Shown: positions 60,003-64,000 of the stretch, in pieces
Layout: every line of letters begins with the position of its first letter
Position numbering within the stretch: the stretch's first letter is position 1
Assembly: GCA_944389475.1 (NCBI GenBank)
Contig: CALXMM010000002.1
Span: 19,483 to 83,482 of the forward strand
Source: an uncultured Clostridia bacterium
GTDB taxonomy: Bacteria; Bacillota; Clostridia; TANB77; CAG-508
DNA: 64,000 nt
Reading direction: 5' to 3'
The notes under the pieces: generated by a model
Told to the model about the DNA's origin: nothing
Database searches by the model: none
The model's input: the letters and a program-made list of their open reading frames with translations, nothing else
Made by a program: the position numbers and the translations under genes

Positions 60003-60377
60003 ATGGAATATAGTTTATTTATGATAAAACCTATTGCATATGAGCATAAACAAGAAATTTTAGATATTATAAAAAAAAAATTACAAATTGTTTCGACAAC
60101 CAATGTTTGCTTAAGTGAAGAATTTTTAAATAAATTATATGCAAGTGAAACAGATGAAGAGTTTAGAAAAATAAATAGCAAATGTTTAGCAAATAAAAAA
60201 GCATGTATAGGTGTCGTTAGAGGAGAAATTATAAGCAAAATAGAGAAGACTTTTGACTTAACACCTATAGGAATTATTAGATATTTAGATTTGCAAAAAC
60301 CAATTTATAAGAAAACAACAAATTATGGACATTTTGGAAAAGAAGGATTAAGTTGGGAAAAAATAATAAAATTTTAA
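60003..60377 (+). pseudogene. Mini-MetK remnant: a 124-aa ORF retaining only the N- and C-terminal segments of S-adenosylmethionine synthetase
   Basis: The C-terminus [37 protein letters not shown] matches MetK FDLRPxGIIxMLDLxxPIYKxTAAYGHFGR. The N-terminus [21 protein letters not shown] matches MetK [21 protein letters not shown]. The central roughly 270 residues are absent. Confidence 0.55.
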
Positions 60378-60484
60378 GAAATTAAAGTTACATTATTTTA
60401 TTTATTTTATAAAAAAATAAATAAAAACAATGTATATAAAATTAAAATATTTAATTTTTTTGATTAATTTCTATAGAATAAATT

Positions 60485-60514
60485 CTTGACTAACGCACAA
60501 AAAAAGGGTAAAAT
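60485..60514 (+). promoter_or_regulatory. Promoter of the thrS leader (TTGACT-17-TAAAAT)
   Basis: The hexamers are seen directly in the sequence. Confidence 0.5.
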
Positions 60515-60520
60515 ATTATC

Positions 60521-60752
60521 AAATTTATAAAAAACGTATAAGAGACAAAGTAAAATAAAGGTTACTACAAGAGAGAATTGGTCATGGGCTGTAAGCCAAT
60601 TTTAGAAAACATATTTGAAAAACTACCTCTTTTAGCTAAGCTAAACGTTTTAAATTTTAATATCATCTTTAAATTAAGTAAAAAAAATGGGATGGAACCG
60701 TGCAATATAGCACTCCTATGGATGATTAATAGCCATAGGAGTGTTTTCTTAT
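60521..60752 (+). promoter_or_regulatory. T-box riboswitch leader (threonine specifier) with an intrinsic terminator
   Basis: The T-box sequence is AATGGGATGGAACCGTGC at 60687-60704. The terminator is cactcctatgg...ccataggagtg followed by TTTTCTT at 60711-60750. Stem I carries an ACU/ACC Thr codon at 60622-60627. Confidence 0.8.
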
Positions 60753-60880
60753 GTGCTAAATAATATTTAATTGCAAAGGAAACGATAATATTATGTAGGC
60801 CTAAGTTTCCAGAAATGCAATTAATATGCAAAAAGCATAATGAAGAGATAAATTCCTAATGGCAGAAGGAGGGATATTTT

Positions 60881-62824
60881 ATGGTAAAAGTAAGCTTAAA
60901 AGATGGATCTGTTATGGAGGTTGAAAAAGGAACATCTATAATAGATGTAGCAAAAAAAATTAGTGAAGGATTAGCAAGAGTAGCTACTTGTGGAGAAGTT
61001 AATGGACAAGTTAAAGACTTAAGATTTGAATTAAACGAAGATTGTAATCTAGTTATCCATACTTTCCAAGATGATGATGAAGAAGGAAAAAAAGCATATT
61101 GGCATACAACATCACATATTATGGCACAAGCTATAAAAAGATTATATAAAGATGTAAAATTAACAATAGGTCCTGCAATAGAAAATGGATTCTATTATGA
61201 TTTCGACACAGATAAGCATTTCTCAGAAGAGGATTTCGAAAAAATAGAAGAAGAAATGAAAAAAATAATAAAAGAAGATTTACCAATAGAAAAATTTACT
61301 TTATCAAGAGAAGAAGCAATTAAATTCATGGAAGAACATGATGAACCATATAAAATAGAATTAATTGGAGATATACCAGAAGGTGATGAAATATCATTCT
61401 ATAAACAAGGTGAATTTGTAGATTTATGTGCTGGTCCTCATTTAATGAGTACAGGAAAAGTAAAAGTTGTAAAACTATTATCTGCCTCAGGTGCATATTG
61501 GAGAGGTAACGAAAAAAACAAAATGCTTCAAAGAGTTTATGGAATATCATTCCCTAAAAAATCTCAATTAGATGATTATTTAAAATTACTAGAAGAAGCA
61601 AAAGAAAGAGACCATAGAAAACTTGGTAAAGAATTAGATTTATTTATGACACACGAACTTGTTGGTGCAGGCCTTCCAATGTATTTACCAGATGGAGCAA
61701 CAATAAGAAGAATTCTAGAAAGATATATTCAAGATAAAGAAATAGAACTTGGATATAAACATGTATATACACCATCACTTGCAAATGTTGAATTATATAA
61801 AACAAGTGGACATTGGGACCACTACAAAGAAGATATGTTCCCAGCAATGAAGATGGACAATGAAGAAATGGTATTAAGACCAATGAACTGTCCACATCAT
61901 ATGCTAATTTACAAAAATAAATTACACTCATATAGAGATTTACCAATAAGAATTGGTGAATTAGCACATGACTTTAGATATGAAGCAAGCGGAAGCGTTT
62001 GTGGACTAGAGAGAGTTAGAGAAATGTGCCAAAATGATGCTCATTTATTTGTAAGACCTGACCAAATAAAAGATGAAGTTGGAAAAGTTATAAACTTAAT
62101 TTTTGAAGTATATCAAAAAGACTTTGGATTCCCAGCATCAGCATTTAAATTTAGATTATCTTTAAGAGATAAGAAAAATGTAGAAAAATATATAGACAAT
62201 GATGAAATGTGGGAGACAGCAGAAAGTCAATTAAGACAAATTCTAAAAGAATTAAATATCGATTTCTACGAAGCAGAAGGAGAAGCAGCTTTTTATGGAC
62301 CAAAGATTGATATACAAATAAGAACAGCTCTAAACCATGATGTTACAATTCCAACATGTCAATTAGACTTCGCATTACCAGAAAGATTTGATTTAACATA
62401 TGTTGGAGAAGATGGAAAACAACATAGACCAGTTGTAATTCATAGAGCAATTCTAGGTTCTTCAGATAGATTTATGGCTTTCTTATTAGAAGAAACAAAA
62501 GGAGCTTTACCTTTATGGGTAGCACCAACACAAGCAAAAGTATTGCCAATTTCTGATGCTCAGGTTGAATATGCAAAGAAGATAGAAGAAAAATATAGAA
62601 AAGCTAAAATAAGAGTAGAAGTTGATGATAGAAACGAGAAGATAGGATATAAGATTCGTGAAGCACAATTAAAGAAAACACCATATATGCTAGTTGTAGG
62701 AGATAAAGAAGTTAATTCTAACACAGTATCTGTAAGATCTAGAAAAGAAGGAGATATTGGAGCAGTAGATGTTGATGAATTCTTAGCAAGAATGGAAAAA
62801 GAAATAGCTGATAAAGTTAGATAA
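60881..62824 (+). CDS. thrS: Threonine--tRNA ligase
   Basis: It has an N-terminal TGS domain, a class II core (HRAILGS) and an anticodon-binding domain. Length is 647 aa. Confidence 0.95.
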   Translation: MVKVSLKDGSVMEVEKGTSIIDVAKKISEGLARVATCGEVNGQVKDLRFELNEDCNLVIHTFQDDDEEGKKAYWHTTSHIMAQAIKRLYKDVKLTIGPAIENGFYYDFDTDKHFSEEDFEKIEEEMKKIIKEDLPIEKFTLSREEAIKFMEEHDEPYKIELIGDIPEGDEISFYKQGEFVDLCAGPHLMSTGKVKVVKLLSASGAYWRGNEKNKMLQRVYGISFPKKSQLDDYLKLLEEAKERDHRKLGKELDLFMTHELVGAGLPMYLPDGATIRRILERYIQDKEIELGYKHVYTPSLANVELYKTSGHWDHYKEDMFPAMKMDNEEMVLRPMNCPHHMLIYKNKLHSYRDLPIRIGELAHDFRYEASGSVCGLERVREMCQNDAHLFVRPDQIKDEVGKVINLIFEVYQKDFGFPASAFKFRLSLRDKKNVEKYIDNDEMWETAESQLRQILKELNIDFYEAEGEAAFYGPKIDIQIRTALNHDVTIPTCQLDFALPERFDLTYVGEDGKQHRPVVIHRAILGSSDRFMAFLLEETKGALPLWVAPTQAKVLPISDAQVEYAKKIEEKYRKAKIRVEVDDRNEKIGYKIREAQLKKTPYMLVVGDKEVNSNTVSVRSRKEGDIGAVDVDEFLARMEKEIADKVR

Positions 62825-62860
62825 TTATAACTGAAAAAAATAAAAATGATCAAATACACC

Positions 62861-62910
62861 TTAAATGTTAGATTGAATAATTTAACATTTACAGGTGTAT
62901 TTTTGTGCAT
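62861..62910 (+). terminator. Rho-independent terminator after thrS
   Basis: The long stem acaccttaaatgtta...taacatttacaggtgt is followed by ATTTTTG. Confidence 0.7.
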
Positions 62911-63058
62911 GCAAAATATAAAAATTTACATAAATAACCCTTGACAGTATTGCATATTAAAGATAAAATTATATTGTGAGTAAAAATATATTTTTAAATA
63001 TTATTTATATATATTTACACTGTACATTGAAAATTTAATAGAAAGAGGTAGAGGGGTT

Positions 63059-64000
63059 ATGATATACACAATAATCATTATCGCTTCTATTATAATCTCT
63101 GCTGTTATATTCTTTTTTGTAGGTTTTACTTACAGAAAAAAGATAGCAGAATCTAAAATTCAAAGTGCTGAAGAAGAAGCTAAGAAAATAATCGAGGCTG
63201 CTAATAAAGATGCTGAAAATAAGAAAAAAGAAGAAATATTTAAAGCAAAAGAAGAAATCATGAATGCAAGAAATGAATTAGATAAAGAGATTAAAGAAAG
63301 AAGAGGCGAAATACAAAGTCAAGAAAAAAGATTGTTCCAAAGAGAAGAGACAATAGATAAAAAATCAGACAATTTGGAGAAAAAAGAACAAGAATTAGAA
63401 CAAAGAAGACAAGACTTAGAAAATGAAAAAACAAATTTGGAAAAAATAATTTCTATGCAGAAACAAGAATTAGAAAGAATATCTAATTTAACTTCTGAAG
63501 AAGCAAAACAACAGTTATTAAAAGAGCTTGATGAACAACTAACTAATGAAAAAGCTGTTTTAATAAAAGAAAAAGAAAAAGAATTTAAAGAACAATCAGA
63601 TAAAATGGCAAAAGAAATTATTGGATATTCTATTCAAAAATGTGCTGCAGACCATTCACAGGAAACTACAGTTTCAATAGTTTCTCTTCCAAATGATGAT
63701 ATGAAAGGTAGAATTATAGGTAGAGAAGGAAGAAATATTAAAGCTATTGAAACATTAACAGGTGTTGACTTAATTATTGATGATACTCCAGAAGCTGTAG
63801 TAATTTCAGGATTTGACCCATTAAGAAGAGAAGTTGCTAGAATTGCTCTTGAAAAATTAATTGATGATGGAAGAATTCATCCTGCAAAGATAGAAGAAAT
63901 GGTTGAAAAAGCTAAAGAAGAATTAGCTGATACTATCAAAGAAGAAGGAGAAAGAGCTACATTAGAAACAGGAGTTATGGGATTACATCCAGATTTAATT
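63059..64000 (+). CDS. rny: Ribonuclease Y (3'-truncated by the window edge)
   Basis: It has an N-terminal TM helix ([23 protein letters not shown]), a coiled coil, and a KH domain ([15 protein letters not shown]). The frame is open to the window end. Confidence 0.9.
   Translation, partial: MIYTIIIIASIIISAVIFFFVGFTYRKKIAESKIQSAEEEAKKIIEAANKDAENKKKEEIFKAKEEIMNARNELDKEIKERRGEIQSQEKRLFQREETIDKKSDNLEKKEQELEQRRQDLENEKTNLEKIISMQKQELERISNLTSEEAKQQLLKELDEQLTNEKAVLIKEKEKEFKEQSDKMAKEIIGYSIQKCAADHSQETTVSIVSLPNDDMKGRIIGREGRNIKAIETLTGVDLIIDDTPEAVVISGFDPLRREVARIALEKLIDDGRIHPAKIEEMVEKAKEELADTIKEEGERATLETGVMGLHPDLI

Noticed and set aside
60565-60831. ORFs of 88 aa (minus) and 61 aa (plus) upstream of thrS
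   Set aside because: They overlap the T-box leader, with its specifier stem, T-box sequence and terminator. This region is regulatory RNA.

Overview
This is a 64-kb chromosomal window from a low-GC (about 28%) spore-forming Firmicute, most likely Clostridium-like. The evidence for that is an SspH-type small acid-soluble spore protein, a type-A RNase P RNA, a split transketolase and tRNA D-loops resembling those of B. subtilis (GCCAAGCGGTAAGGC). Most of the window is core housekeeping. It carries tsaE-tsaB-rimI, a ylmH-like gene, the glycolytic operon gap-pgk-tpiA-gpmI-eno, a class-B penicillin-binding protein, a PlsC-family acyltransferase, dCMP deaminase and the split transketolase tktN/tktC. 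It also carries ftsE-ftsX with two M23 peptidases, tlyA-recN, mutS2, maf, lepA, rlmB, rpmF, der-plsY-gpsA, dtd, rnpB, an rluD-like gene, rpsO-pnp, thrS behind a T-box leader, and the 5' part of rny. Several accessory or unusual regions are embedded in this backbone. (1) A roughly 3.5-kb insertion sits inside the glycolytic operon between gpmI and eno. It encodes a DUF600/YezG-like protein, an IscU-like protein, a DNPH1-like N-glycosidase, a GGGtGRT-family protein and a small, separately transcribed ORF. (2) A tRNA-bounded islet lies between tRNA-Gln at 19.7 kb and two tRNA-Gly genes at 23.7 kb. It encodes a DUF45 metallohydrolase, a NERD/zinc-ribbon protein and a 601-aa protein with a nucleotidyltransferase fold. 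(3) Two tandem LPXTG-anchored papain-like (C1) peptidases follow, one with a near-perfect 27-bp repeat array of about 20 units. (4) A compositionally foreign single-gene unit (about 47% GC) sits upstream of rpmF. (5) A decayed nucleotide-metabolism corner holds an HD-domain gene frameshifted at an A7 run, a DUF402 gene and a 124-aa mini-MetK remnant. (6) Three tandem 51-bp palindrome-bearing repeats occupy the divergent tsaE/ylmH promoter region. No CRISPR array, transposase or integrase was seen.
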